A stretch of DNA of 37,982 nt from positions 1 to 37,982 of IMG/VR virus record IMGVR_UViG_3300015370_000030; one strand, 5' to 3'. Below, piece by piece: positions 1-9,198 of the stretch. Position numbers and translations under genes: made by a program. Below the pieces are notes generated by a model. The model did not search any database and was not told the DNA's origin. It saw only the letters and a program-made list of their open reading frames with translations. The DNA is from a virus. Lineage: Duplodnaviria; Caudoviricetes. How positions within the stretch are numbered: position 1 is the stretch's first letter; each line of letters starts with the position of its first letter.

Positions 1-22
1 TATAAATAGTTTATATTTTTTG

Positions 23-133
23 TGTGCACTGTCTGCTCACTTATTTCACCGATTCACTAATGCTTGATTCTGTGCGTACTTTTTGTGCACTTTCTGCTCA
101 TTTTTTGTGCACTCCTGGCTCGCTTTTTGAGCA
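23..133. repeat. Degenerate direct repeats T-tract-TGTGCACT-(N)-CTGCTC upstream of terS
   Basis: TGTGCACT (contains palindrome GTGCAC) at 23-30, 84-91 and 106-113, each after a T-run; two are followed by TCTGCTCA; variant TTTTGAGCAC at 124-133. Confidence 0.75.
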
Positions 134-152
134 CACATTTCCGACGCATTGA

Positions 153-186
153 AGTTATCCACAATTGCACAGAGTTATCCACAATT
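153..186 (+). promoter_or_regulatory. Two perfect DnaA boxes (TTATCCACA) inside a 14-bp direct repeat
   Basis: AGTTATCCACAATT at 153-166 and 173-186 (20-bp period); TTATCCACA at 155-163 and 175-183 is the consensus DnaA R-box. Confidence 0.7.
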
Positions 187-219
187 TAATCTATTTTCCC
201 GTTTTCATATATATACCCC

Positions 220-248
220 TTGACATTCGCGTTTTCATGTGATAAGCA
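220..248 (+). promoter_or_regulatory. Possible sigma70-type promoter (weak -10)
   Basis: TTGACA at 220-225; at 17-nt spacing only TG-A-TAAGCA, a poor -10. Confidence 0.3.
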
Positions 249-324
249 CTATATGGGAGTACTTCACGCGAACACACAACAGACTAATTCATCTCTTTTA
301 TTTCCAATACCCACATATCTTGAC

Positions 325-353
325 TTGACATTATCTTCTTTCAATGCAATACT
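325..353 (+). promoter_or_regulatory. Sigma70-type promoter for the packaging/structural operon
   Basis: TTGACA 325-330, 17-nt spacer, extended TG-C-AATACT at 345-353, upstream of the terS RBS AGGAG (377-381). Confidence 0.55.
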
Positions 354-388
354 CTCTATGTATATAGTAACCGCCCAGGAGTATAAAT

Positions 389-985
389 GTGAACTCTGAC
401 GTGAAAGAAAAGCCTCGACGCCTGCCAGCCATACAAGATCCGATTATCTGTATGTCGTGTCAAGTACTGCATGAACAAGGAATCAGTTACTCGACTATTA
501 GTAAGCGAATCGGAGTGTCGCACATGACTGTCCGCAGGATCATCGAGAAGAATGCGGAGGATTTTACCTGGTCAGACCCGGATGTCTACGCGCTCGTACA
601 AAAAAAGCTGGAATTGCGCGAACGGCGTATGATTATCGAGCTCCAGGATCTTGCCCAGCGCGGCATAGCTCAACTGTCTGACGAGAAGCTCAGCGCAGCG
701 TCTTTGCGCGACATAATGGGGATGATAAAGCTCAGTATCGATAACTATCGCAGGCTCCAGGGCAAAGACAGCATGTCGGATGCACTCAGACTTGACATCG
801 TGATACATCAAGCGAACGAGAGCCGGAAGAAGAAGCATAAAGCTCCGCGATACGTCGAGAGCACAGTCAGCACAGTGCATATCGAGGACGCGGACGTGAT
901 TGAGGGCGTTGTTGAGTGTCCGGACACATCAGGCATAATTGATATGAAAACGGGTAAACGCAGTGATATCAAGCATAGTGAATGA
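389..985 (+). CDS. terS: Putative terminase small subunit (N-terminal HTH)
   Basis: GTG start with AGGAG RBS; HTH-like LHEQGISYSTISKRIGVSHMTVRRII followed by helical/coiled region; directly upstream of terL. Confidence 0.65.
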   Translation: MNSDVKEKPRRLPAIQDPIICMSCQVLHEQGISYSTISKRIGVSHMTVRRIIEKNAEDFTWSDPDVYALVQKKLELRERRMIIELQDLAQRGIAQLSDEKLSAASLRDIMGMIKLSIDNYRRLQGKDSMSDALRLDIVIHQANESRKKKHKAPRYVESTVSTVHIEDADVIEGVVECPDTSGIIDMKTGKRSDIKHSE

Positions 986-1190
986 TACAGAATACCTATT
1001 GTGTATCTTTCGAGGACTGCATATATAATATTCCGAATGGGTATGGGGGCATCCGGGGGCGTATATCGGATTGGGGATGAAAGTATGTTATATGGCCAAC
1101 CTCCAGCTATTAGCGTGGATTCCCCAAGCATTAGTTATTAAGTAATATAGAGAGGGTATAAGAATAGACATGGACTGGAAATAATAAATA

Positions 1191-2861
1191 ATGGCTAATT
1201 ACAGTGGAGGACAGTATACCAGAACGCAGAAGAGACCAGAACACATGACGGTGATAGACAAGAAGGTGGTGGATGCGTGGGAACTGTATTCGCAGAGTTT
1301 TGCGGATTTCATAGAGGATATGATAGGGATACCGGTGGACGATCCTGGAGGGGAGTGTGATTTATATTTAGATCCGCAGCAGAAGGAATTTGTAATAGAG
1401 GTATCGAACTTGATAAATGCGAAGTTATTCGCGTATGAGCATTGTTACAACATCAGGACGAAGGAATATTATGAGCGGAAGATGCCGAACTGGGTGAAGT
1501 ATTATTACAAGAAGAAGGGGATAAGTATAAGGAGTGGCAAGGGGAACGGGAAAGATATGATAGTATCATTATTCATATTATATGCGTTAACGGTATTTCC
1601 GGATGTGTTGATACCGATAACGGGGCCGAAGTATGACCAGGTGGTGGATATTGTAACGAGAGAAGTGAGTACCTGGAAGGACAGGATGGATAGTGATGGT
1701 AACTACATATTCAAACTGAGGTCGAAGATAACGATACATGCGGACAAGATATTCAGGAATGACACAAAAGACCCGAGTAAGAGTAATTATGCGATAATAA
1801 GGACAAGTGCGAAGAATGCGTCGGTAGAGCAGCAGAAGCAGTGTATGGCGGGGTTGCATGCGTTTTATATGTTCCCGATATATGAGGAGGCGGATGGTGT
1901 TCCTCCGGCTGCGGCAGAGCCTTTGGATGAGACAATGACCGGGCCTGTGAATTTCTGCATATTGATATTCAATCCGAATACAACGAAGGGATTTGCGTAT
2001 GAAAGCCATTATCATAAGAAGGAGAGGGAGAAGTATATCTTACTGCATTGGAATTCGGAAGATTCACATTGTGTAATGCAGGGGAAGATAGAGGAGATGA
2101 GGGATAAGTACTGGCCGACATATCCGGAAGGGAGGCCGAGAAATCATTATCGTGTCAATGTGTGGGGAGAGCCGCCGACGGAAGAGGAAGATTCGCTTAT
2201 ATCATATGAAAAGATATTTGAGGCGAATGATAGAAGTACGGATGTACCGGATGATTATCCGATAGTTCTGGGAATAGATGCGGCGGGGCAGGGGAAAGAC
2301 AGATTTTCGGTAGCTGCAATGCAGAGTTACAGGGTTATCGCGGTACATGAGATAGATGGAATAGAGCCGGATGTGATATTTGCTGGACTGTGCAGTTTAA
2401 TCCTTCAATATGGTCCTGCGGCGATAGCGATTGAATTTGATGGGCCGGGCTGGGAGATATATTATAAGATCAAGAAGAGATTTCCGTATGTCAAGTTAGT
2501 CAAATTACAGATGGGCGGGAATGCGAGAGATATAAAAAAGTTCAAGAACAAGCGGGCTGAATGCTGGTGGCATTTCAGAACAGAATTCAATAGAGATGTT
2601 TTTGATTTACCGGAAATCTATGATTTGACAGAAGAGATGCAGGCGATAAAATGGGACAAGGATGGTTCCGGGAAGATATATATAATCTCTAAACTTCTTT
2701 TGAAGAAAGCGTTAGGCAGGTCGCCGGATTATGCGGATGCGGTGATGATAGCGTCCCAGGTGAATCATGAGGTATTACCAAGGGGAGTGAAGTGTATCGG
2801 CAGGGGTTGGGAGAATAGAAGAAGCGGGATGAGAAAGAGAAAGAGTTGCTGGGCAGCTTGA
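1191..2861 (+). CDS. terL: Terminase large subunit
   Basis: Walker A-like SIRSGKGNGKD, Walker B-like FPIYEEADGVP, coupling motif LIFNP, RNase H nuclease motifs VLGIDAAGQGKD and RSPDYADAV. Confidence 0.92.
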   Translation: MANYSGGQYTRTQKRPEHMTVIDKKVVDAWELYSQSFADFIEDMIGIPVDDPGGECDLYLDPQQKEFVIEVSNLINAKLFAYEHCYNIRTKEYYERKMPNWVKYYYKKKGISIRSGKGNGKDMIVSLFILYALTVFPDVLIPITGPKYDQVVDIVTREVSTWKDRMDSDGNYIFKLRSKITIHADKIFRNDTKDPSKSNYAIIRTSAKNASVEQQKQCMAGLHAFYMFPIYEEADGVPPAAAEPLDETMTGPVNFCILIFNPNTTKGFAYESHYHKKEREKYILLHWNSEDSHCVMQGKIEEMRDKYWPTYPEGRPRNHYRVNVWGEPPTEEEDSLISYEKIFEANDRSTDVPDDYPIVLGIDAAGQGKDRFSVAAMQSYRVIAVHEIDGIEPDVIFAGLCSLILQYGPAAIAIEFDGPGWEIYYKIKKRFPYVKLVKLQMGGNARDIKKFKNKRAECWWHFRTEFNRDVFDLPEIYDLTEEMQAIKWDKDGSGKIYIISKLLLKKALGRSPDYADAVMIASQVNHEVLPRGVKCIGRGWENRRSGMRKRKSCWAA

Positions 2862-2883
2862 CCACGAAAAAGGGGCAAACCTA

Positions 2884-5085
2884 ATGGAAGTATATGTCAC
2901 GTTTGAATCCGCGGATGGACATCAGCATATAATAGTAGTCAATTCCGAGGGAGATAGTTACTGCACACCGGGGCCGGACGGGCATGAACACGGCGTTGAA
3001 TTTGTTCCTCCGAAAGAAGTGATGATAGACAGGGCGACTGGTGAGAAGATACAGAGCGCGGCGGACGGATATTATATTCTGGGCGACACGGAGCATCATC
3101 CCGCAGAAATCATGTCCGGAGAAGAATTAACGCAGGATATCAAAGATCCGTATAAGAGGATGGACGACAAACAGAAAGCGGAGTTGGTGGAAAGTTATCT
3201 GGCCAATGCGGCAGAGAGGGAGTCCGAATCCAGAACGAGAGGGAATGAGGCTATCAGAATGATTGACAGGAATATTCAATGGGAGGAAGATGATAAGCCG
3301 GAAGAGGGCAGAGCGGCTATTACCACCAATAGAATGGCTCCTGTTATTGAAATGATAGAGGGGGAATTACAGAATAATATAACAGATATCAGGTGCAATC
3401 CGAACCAGAAAGGATCACAGATAGGGGCGGATAGCAGTACATATTTATTAAAGCACATAAGTGAACTTTCCAAGTTTCCGTCAGAAGAGATGGATATTTT
3501 TCATGACGAAGCGGTTCCTGGGCGAGGTATATTCGAGGGACATCCGGATTGGAATAGTAATCCGGAGGGCGAGGTCATTATAGGCAGATTTCCGTGGGAT
3601 CATATTTATTTTGGAGAGCATTTGAAGAAAGATGGAAGGGATAGACTATACGAAGTTCATTCGGGAATGTACAGCTTTGACCAGATGGTGGCAATGTATC
3701 CGAATAAAGAGCAGGAATTCTATAAAACAATGCAGGGCGGCATGACGGCTCCATCGGGCACAGCGGTAACGACGGATGATGGAATCATGATAACGGCAAC
3801 CACTGCAAAGGGACAGTCTGTCAGCAAGGATGAGGTTGCTAAGACATCTCTTACAATACCCGTATATGAATTATGGATAAAGGTTCCAATGCCGTCATAT
3901 GTGCTTGTGGATACAAATACTCAGGAAGCAATCAATATTGATAACTGGAAACAGAAATATATGACAATGGTCAAGAAACTGAATGAGATCATGATAATGC
4001 CGAGATCAACATTCAGAATGAAGATTTTGAGAGTTGCGGGATCTGCCGTATTGGAGGATTACTGGTTGAGGGATAGATTTCCAAGGTTGAAGGAAGATAT
4101 ATTTTTCACAACTCCAGCGTATTGTTTGAGAATAGTCGATAGTGATGGTGAATTATTCCTGGGAAAGGGAGAATTGATTAAAGATGAGCAGAAGTTAATA
4201 AATAAACTTGATTCCTTGATGCTGGATTATGCAAATTATTCTTTAGGGCAGTGCAAATTCTATGATGATGATACTTTCCCAACAGACGAGGATAAAGATG
4301 ATTATCTTGAAAATGGTCAGATTCCCTGGCATGTACAGAGAATAACAGATGTAACCAGAAAGCCTGGTCAGGATGAAAATAGAACGCAACCAGTTATTCA
4401 TATACTGGCCGAAATCATTCAAAACCGCGAAATCACAATGGAGAAGATACTGAATCTTAACCCGGAATTCAGGGGGCAGACTTCGAGTTCCAATCAGTCC
4501 GGCATTGCGATTTTAAGGCAGCAGGCAAGGGCATTACTCGGATTAGTCCGGATGATGAAGAATTATTCATACAGCAAGTTATCCTTTTTCAAGAATATGT
4601 TGAAATTGGCGCAGCAGGTTTATTCCCCGGAACAGATACTTGAAATGATCGTATATCAGGGAAGCAAATCGAAAGGCAAGGTGCCCACACTCGACGGCAT
4701 GGAAGTAGTTGGAAAGAGAGAACAGAGAGATATAGGGCAGAAACCGACTATTACTCATGATGAAATAATAGATTTTCTCTACGATGAAGATTACACGGAA
4801 GTTGATATGGTGATGTCCGAAGAGGCATACAGCCCGACGGTAAGGCTTGCATACTTCACAATTATACTCGAAGTAATGAAGGTGAGACCGGACGTGCCGG
4901 CAGAAATGTTTATCATGTATAGCCCCTTCCCGCAGGAGATAAAAGATGAAATGCTGGGGCTTATAAGACAGCAGAGGGAATTTGAACAAAACCAGGAACA
5001 GGCAAAAATGAATGTCGAATTGCAAAAAACACAAATAGCAAACCAGCCGAGTTCTAAAGATTACGGCAAACAAAAAACAGGATAA
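2884..5085 (+). CDS. Portal protein (P22-like)
   Basis: 733 aa after terL; QW...GRAAITTNRMAPVIEMIEG and GQTSSSNQSGIAILRQQ motifs typical of P22-like portals; Q-rich C-terminal barrel. Confidence 0.85.
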   Translation: MEVYVTFESADGHQHIIVVNSEGDSYCTPGPDGHEHGVEFVPPKEVMIDRATGEKIQSAADGYYILGDTEHHPAEIMSGEELTQDIKDPYKRMDDKQKAELVESYLANAAERESESRTRGNEAIRMIDRNIQWEEDDKPEEGRAAITTNRMAPVIEMIEGELQNNITDIRCNPNQKGSQIGADSSTYLLKHISELSKFPSEEMDIFHDEAVPGRGIFEGHPDWNSNPEGEVIIGRFPWDHIYFGEHLKKDGRDRLYEVHSGMYSFDQMVAMYPNKEQEFYKTMQGGMTAPSGTAVTTDDGIMITATTAKGQSVSKDEVAKTSLTIPVYELWIKVPMPSYVLVDTNTQEAINIDNWKQKYMTMVKKLNEIMIMPRSTFRMKILRVAGSAVLEDYWLRDRFPRLKEDIFFTTPAYCLRIVDSDGELFLGKGELIKDEQKLINKLDSLMLDYANYSLGQCKFYDDDTFPTDEDKDDYLENGQIPWHVQRITDVTRKPGQDENRTQPVIHILAEIIQNREITMEKILNLNPEFRGQTSSSNQSGIAILRQQARALLGLVRMMKNYSYSKLSFFKNMLKLAQQVYSPEQILEMIVYQGSKSKGKVPTLDGMEVVGKREQRDIGQKPTITHDEIIDFLYDEDYTEVDMVMSEEAYSPTVRLAYFTIILEVMKVRPDVPAEMFIMYSPFPQEIKDEMLGLIRQQREFEQNQEQAKMNVELQKTQIANQPSSKDYGKQKTG

Positions 5086-5099
5086 GGAGGAGTTTTACA

Positions 5100-5387
5100 A
5101 TGTCGGGAGTGAAGAAAGAAACAAGTAATTTTATCGAGGAACTTGTAAAGAAAAGTTTCAATGGAGTTTGTGGTTATGATATGGAAAGGGACGGTCCTGT
5201 TTTGAAATTCAAGGCCACAAAAAAGTACAAGGATAAGAATGGTAAGAATGCTGTGAATTGTGTCAATTTTTCCTTTCCGGATAGTCTGGTGAATTGTGAT
5301 AGTATTGCAGAAAAAATAAATTCCAGTCTTGAGGTTATTAAAGGAAGGGTGAATAAAGAAGTATCTGAGTCTGAGAAGAGAAAATAA
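5100..5387 (+). CDS. Hypothetical protein
   Basis: Strong RBS AGGAGG; 95 aa; in operon between portal and scaffold. Confidence 0.7.
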   Translation: MSGVKKETSNFIEELVKKSFNGVCGYDMERDGPVLKFKATKKYKDKNGKNAVNCVNFSFPDSLVNCDSIAEKINSSLEVIKGRVNKEVSESEKRK

Positions 5388-5433
5388 AAAAAATATAACG
5401 GGGTAGCTGATATAGTCCCGGGAGGAATTTAAA

Positions 5434-6405
5434 ATGCAGATAAAAAATCAAGATAATCCGGAAAATTCAGAAGTTGCGATAAATCCATCTGAAATGACTC
5501 GTGCGGAGATAGCCGCTCGTCTTAACAAGGAACCGGCTAGTTCCGAAGTTGGCGAGACCCTGGACGATGATAATGATGATGAGATCCGCGATGATGAAAA
5601 AGAGGACCTTGAAGATAACGGAACTGGAACTGATGTAAAAGCTGAGGGAGAAGAGGAGCCGAATTCTGGTGAAATTTCAGATGAAGGCGGAGAAGAGGAA
5701 GCAAAGGAAGATCCCGGGAAGGGACAGTCTGACGATAAAGTTCCTCTTACCGCAGCCGAAAAGAAAGAGTTGGAAAATCTTCGCAAAAAGATTGGGTATA
5801 TGGGCAAGGAATTAGGTGATTTGCGAAAAATGGTTCGTGAAACGACGGATGTTGAATTTACGGAAGAACAGGCAGAAGACCTTGATTATATCTTTGACAC
5901 TGAGGGCAAGACCGCTTATGATAAGGCAAAGAAGGAATTGAAAGCGAAAATTCACGCTGCAACCATTGAGGTGGAAAGGGCAAATATTGAAAAAAATATT
6001 GTCGTCCTCAAAGAAGTTGCTCCCGACCTTCGGGACTATCAGGCGGAAATACGAAGTGTTTTAACGGATGAACTTGGATATGAGGACTCTACTGCTGAAT
6101 CTATCATTCAAAATCCTGCTTTACATGACACAACTGATGTCCGGCATATTTACACTATTGCGAAGAAGAATCGAGAAATTCTGGCTCTGAAGGCAAAATT
6201 ACAGGAAATAGACCAGAAAAAAACAAGATCAGGAAAGCGTCTGGCGGAAAACATAAAAGCCGCAACCATAGGCGGCCCTGTTCTTAAAAGCTCCTCTGGT
6301 TCCCCGGCTGGGAAGAATAAAGGCACTAAGAATGCCAAGCCAAAAGGCGTACATGAGCTTACTCGCGCAGAAATAAAGGAACGCCTGGCGGCGATGAAGT
6401 CTTAG
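5434..6405 (+). CDS. Putative capsid scaffolding protein
   Basis: GGAGG RBS; highly acidic disordered N-terminus, coiled coils, basic C-terminus; between portal and capsid. Confidence 0.75.
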   Translation: MQIKNQDNPENSEVAINPSEMTRAEIAARLNKEPASSEVGETLDDDNDDEIRDDEKEDLEDNGTGTDVKAEGEEEPNSGEISDEGGEEEAKEDPGKGQSDDKVPLTAAEKKELENLRKKIGYMGKELGDLRKMVRETTDVEFTEEQAEDLDYIFDTEGKTAYDKAKKELKAKIHAATIEVERANIEKNIVVLKEVAPDLRDYQAEIRSVLTDELGYEDSTAESIIQNPALHDTTDVRHIYTIAKKNREILALKAKLQEIDQKKTRSGKRLAENIKAATIGGPVLKSSSGSPAGKNKGTKNAKPKGVHELTRAEIKERLAAMKS

Positions 6406-6418
6406 CTAGGAGGAAAAA

Positions 6419-7555
6419 TTGGCTACAAACGCATATGCTATAAATTCGGGCGATGCCGCTGATATGACTATATGGGAAGAAGATTTATATCGTGAAACGC
6501 TGGACGATTCATGGTTTACGAATCTCGAAGAGAGAAACGGCATTGCAAAAGACGGGAAAATTCTGAGCGAAAAGGATTATTACAACCCGAGTTCGGGCGA
6601 CATCAATGGTAATAATCTTATCACTATCGTTCGGAACGTAGGGAAAAAGCACAATGGAGCAAAGGTTCAAATTCCGTTGATGTATAAACTGAATCCGAAG
6701 ATTACAAGGAACGAGCAACAGGATATTCTTGGACATGAACAGGAAATGGAATACGACATGGAGGAACTTGAACTCGAATGGAAGTCCATTTCATGCAGAC
6801 ATAAAGATAGAATGGAAGAGATTCGAGCGGCATTCAGTGTGAGTGTTCAGGCCGCAAAGGCTATGAGAACAGTGGCGAAGGAAAGACGGGAACTTGATTA
6901 TGTCGAAGCATTGACAGCGGCACCAACGTTATATGTTTATCCATCGGCTGCAAACGGAATAGGAAGAACGCCCACAGCGGCAACAGCCTTGCTTGCTCTT
7001 GACTCCACCAATACAATGCTTACACCGACATTTCTGAGATATCTTTCTGTCGTTGCTTCAACTGGGTTCAACTATGTTAACGACAAGACCAATGGGATTA
7101 TACCGCCAAGAAAACTAACGGTAAACGGAGAGGAAATCTTTATACTTTTCGTTCCTCCGGATGTTGCGACAGGACTGGAAGAGGATTCCACCTGGAAGAG
7201 CATGATTGCTGAAGCGAGAGCAAGAGGGAAAGACAATCCTATCTTCAAACGCGGTGTCGCTCTCCACGCAGGAATACTTGTTATTCCTCATAATTCAATA
7301 CCGATTGCGCTTACTGGCGGAGTCGGTTCAAATGAAGCATGGGGACATTGTGTATTATGTGGGCAGCAGACACTTCTCAGGGGAGAAGGCCCAGCTCCGC
7401 AGGTTTCTACCGAAATAATGGATCATAAGACCAAAGTCAGTTATGCTTACAAGTATATTCAGAAAACACAACTGGCAAAGTTCGGCACAAAGAATTTCGG
7501 TAGTTTTTCGGTTTATGTTTCACGGCACCGCATCTCTGATGTGGCAGCATCATAA
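6419..7555 (+). CDS. Major capsid protein (N4-gp56/DUF4043-like)
   Basis: TTG start with AGGAGG RBS; GAKVQIPLMYKL...GHEQEM...RMEEIR and W...AEARARGKDNPIFKRG motifs resemble this HK97-fold family; 378 aa. Confidence 0.82.
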   Translation: MATNAYAINSGDAADMTIWEEDLYRETLDDSWFTNLEERNGIAKDGKILSEKDYYNPSSGDINGNNLITIVRNVGKKHNGAKVQIPLMYKLNPKITRNEQQDILGHEQEMEYDMEELELEWKSISCRHKDRMEEIRAAFSVSVQAAKAMRTVAKERRELDYVEALTAAPTLYVYPSAANGIGRTPTAATALLALDSTNTMLTPTFLRYLSVVASTGFNYVNDKTNGIIPPRKLTVNGEEIFILFVPPDVATGLEEDSTWKSMIAEARARGKDNPIFKRGVALHAGILVIPHNSIPIALTGGVGSNEAWGHCVLCGQQTLLRGEGPAPQVSTEIMDHKTKVSYAYKYIQKTQLAKFGTKNFGSFSVYVSRHRISDVAAS

Positions 7556-7567
7556 GGGGGTGATAAA

Positions 7568-7984
7568 ATGGCCACAGATACTTATTTTACTGATTTACAA
7601 ACCACTCCCAGAAGGTTGAATTCTGATGTTCTTCGCCATATGGAACCTATCAGTTTTGCCATTCACAACGGAACCAGCGGGGATACTGTAAACCTTGCCA
7701 AAATACCGGCAGATTTCTTCGTGGAACAGGCGGGATTGAGAGTTATAACGGGCGAAGCGGGCACTCACACACTTGGCGATGCGGATGCAGCCAATTCGTG
7801 GGATGCTTCAATCAACACTGTGTCGGCTGGAAATTTCAACAGCACGCCATCAGACACCAACGGAGCATTAGGGGGGTTGCTCTATACTGCCCTGAACTAT
7901 CTGACGCTGACACTCGGAGCGGATATGAACTCCGGGGTGTTCATGGCATGGTACAAGGGGCACTACTTAGCTGATGAATCCTGA
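7568..7984 (+). CDS. Putative capsid decoration/cement protein
   Basis: Small beta-rich protein immediately after the capsid gene (GDTVNLAKIPADFFVEQAGLRV...TLGD); no signal peptide. Confidence 0.55.
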   Translation: MATDTYFTDLQTTPRRLNSDVLRHMEPISFAIHNGTSGDTVNLAKIPADFFVEQAGLRVITGEAGTHTLGDADAANSWDASINTVSAGNFNSTPSDTNGALGGLLYTALNYLTLTLGADMNSGVFMAWYKGHYLADES

Positions 7985-8000
7985 ATAGTGATTTAATAAC

Positions 8001-8027
8001 GGTCGGGGGATTAAAATTCTCCCGGCC
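8001..8027 (+). terminator. GC-rich stem-loop after the capsid genes (attenuator or mRNA stabiliser)
   Basis: GGTCGGGGGA / TCTCCCGGCC 10-bp stem with G-U pairs; no clear U-tract. Confidence 0.45.
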
Positions 8028-8057
8028 ACACTCTTAAAATAAAGACGGAGGAAAGAA

Positions 8058-8693
8058 ATGAAAACGAAAAGTATTTTTGGTAGATTGGCATTGGTGATTT
8101 GTGTATTTGTTTTTATATTAAATCTAATGGGAGCCGACTGGAACAGGTTTAATCTGAATGAGATTTTAGAGGAAATTGAGACTCTTGTAAATGAGTTAAA
8201 GACAGATGCGAATGCAAATATAGTATTACAGAAAGTAAGATGTCTCGATTATGCGGATCTTGCAGGAGAAACGACGGTCGGTTCGGCAGCAAAGCTCGAC
8301 ATACAGAACGAAACGCATTTTGTAATTGGTGATTATATCTATGAAAAGGCGGTCACTGGAAGCATAACCATGACCACGGCGGCGGGATCATACACGACTA
8401 TCACAGAAGGAAACAGATGCAGGTTTCTTGTATCTCTCACTTCAGCAGGGGTTGTTTGGACCACACAAGGAACTGTTGTGGCCAGCACCGAAACGGCTTC
8501 ATTCCCGGATTTGCCTTCAGGTCAGTGTCCTATCGGTGGTTTTCAGATTTCCTGTGGTTCTGGAATAGAATTCACGCCGGCGACTACGGTGTTTACGGCC
8601 GCAAGTATAAGCCCTGTTTTCTATAATCTTTATACTGCACCAGGTACACAGGCATTAATTACGTCCACATCTTCTAACACGGATAATAAATAA
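8058..8693 (+). CDS. Virion-module protein with N-terminal signal-peptide-like segment
   Basis: GGAGG RBS; MKTKSIFGRLALVICVFVFILNLMGA, short coiled coil, Thr-rich beta region with FPDLPSGQCPIG. Confidence 0.7.
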   Translation: MKTKSIFGRLALVICVFVFILNLMGADWNRFNLNEILEEIETLVNELKTDANANIVLQKVRCLDYADLAGETTVGSAAKLDIQNETHFVIGDYIYEKAVTGSITMTTAAGSYTTITEGNRCRFLVSLTSAGVVWTTQGTVVASTETASFPDLPSGQCPIGGFQISCGSGIEFTPATTVFTAASISPVFYNLYTAPGTQALITSTSSNTDNK

Positions 8694-8708
8694 CGGGAGG
8701 AAAAGAAC

Positions 8709-9197
8709 ATGCAGAAAATATTGATATTTGCACTGTTACTGGTCATGTTTTTTGCATGGTCAGTGTGTTATGCCGAGAATCCACCGGCATTTTCTTCTAT
8801 TTCGGGCAGAATTCTTGAAGTAACCAGAGATAGAGAAAACAAACAGTGGACGGCAGGGTTTCAATCTGGAACAAGCCTTACAGCCGAGGTTGCGGACGCT
8901 TACGCAGTATTTAAAACAATCGATTTCAGAGATAAGGATTATATTAATATCCTGGTCAAGAATACTGATGATACAAACGGAATAACCGTTAAGATAACAG
9001 CTTATGCCTATCCTTCCGGTTCATTATCTGATATTCTTGAAGATACTGCCGGGAATACGGAAATAGCACTTGCGGCAGGGGAAACATTGGCAATGAGTAC
9101 AAGTCAGTCGTGGTCAACTCTGACGATATCGGCAAAAAATACGGTTCCGGCTTCGGCGGGCGAGATTCAGTATGAATACATCGCAAAGGAGAAATAA
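8709..9197 (+). CDS. Virion-module protein with Sec signal peptide
   Basis: GGAGG RBS; MQKILIFALLLVMFFAWSVCYA|ENP; small beta-sandwich-like mature region. Confidence 0.7.
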   Translation: MQKILIFALLLVMFFAWSVCYAENPPAFSSISGRILEVTRDRENKQWTAGFQSGTSLTAEVADAYAVFKTIDFRDKDYINILVKNTDDTNGITVKITAYAYPSGSLSDILEDTAGNTEIALAAGETLAMSTSQSWSTLTISAKNTVPASAGEIQYEYIAKEK

Positions 9198-9198
9198 T

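Noticed and set aside
387-392. ATG-TGA start-stop overlapping the GTG start of terS
   Set aside because: Could dampen terS translation, but such a 6-nt overlap arises easily by chance and has no further support
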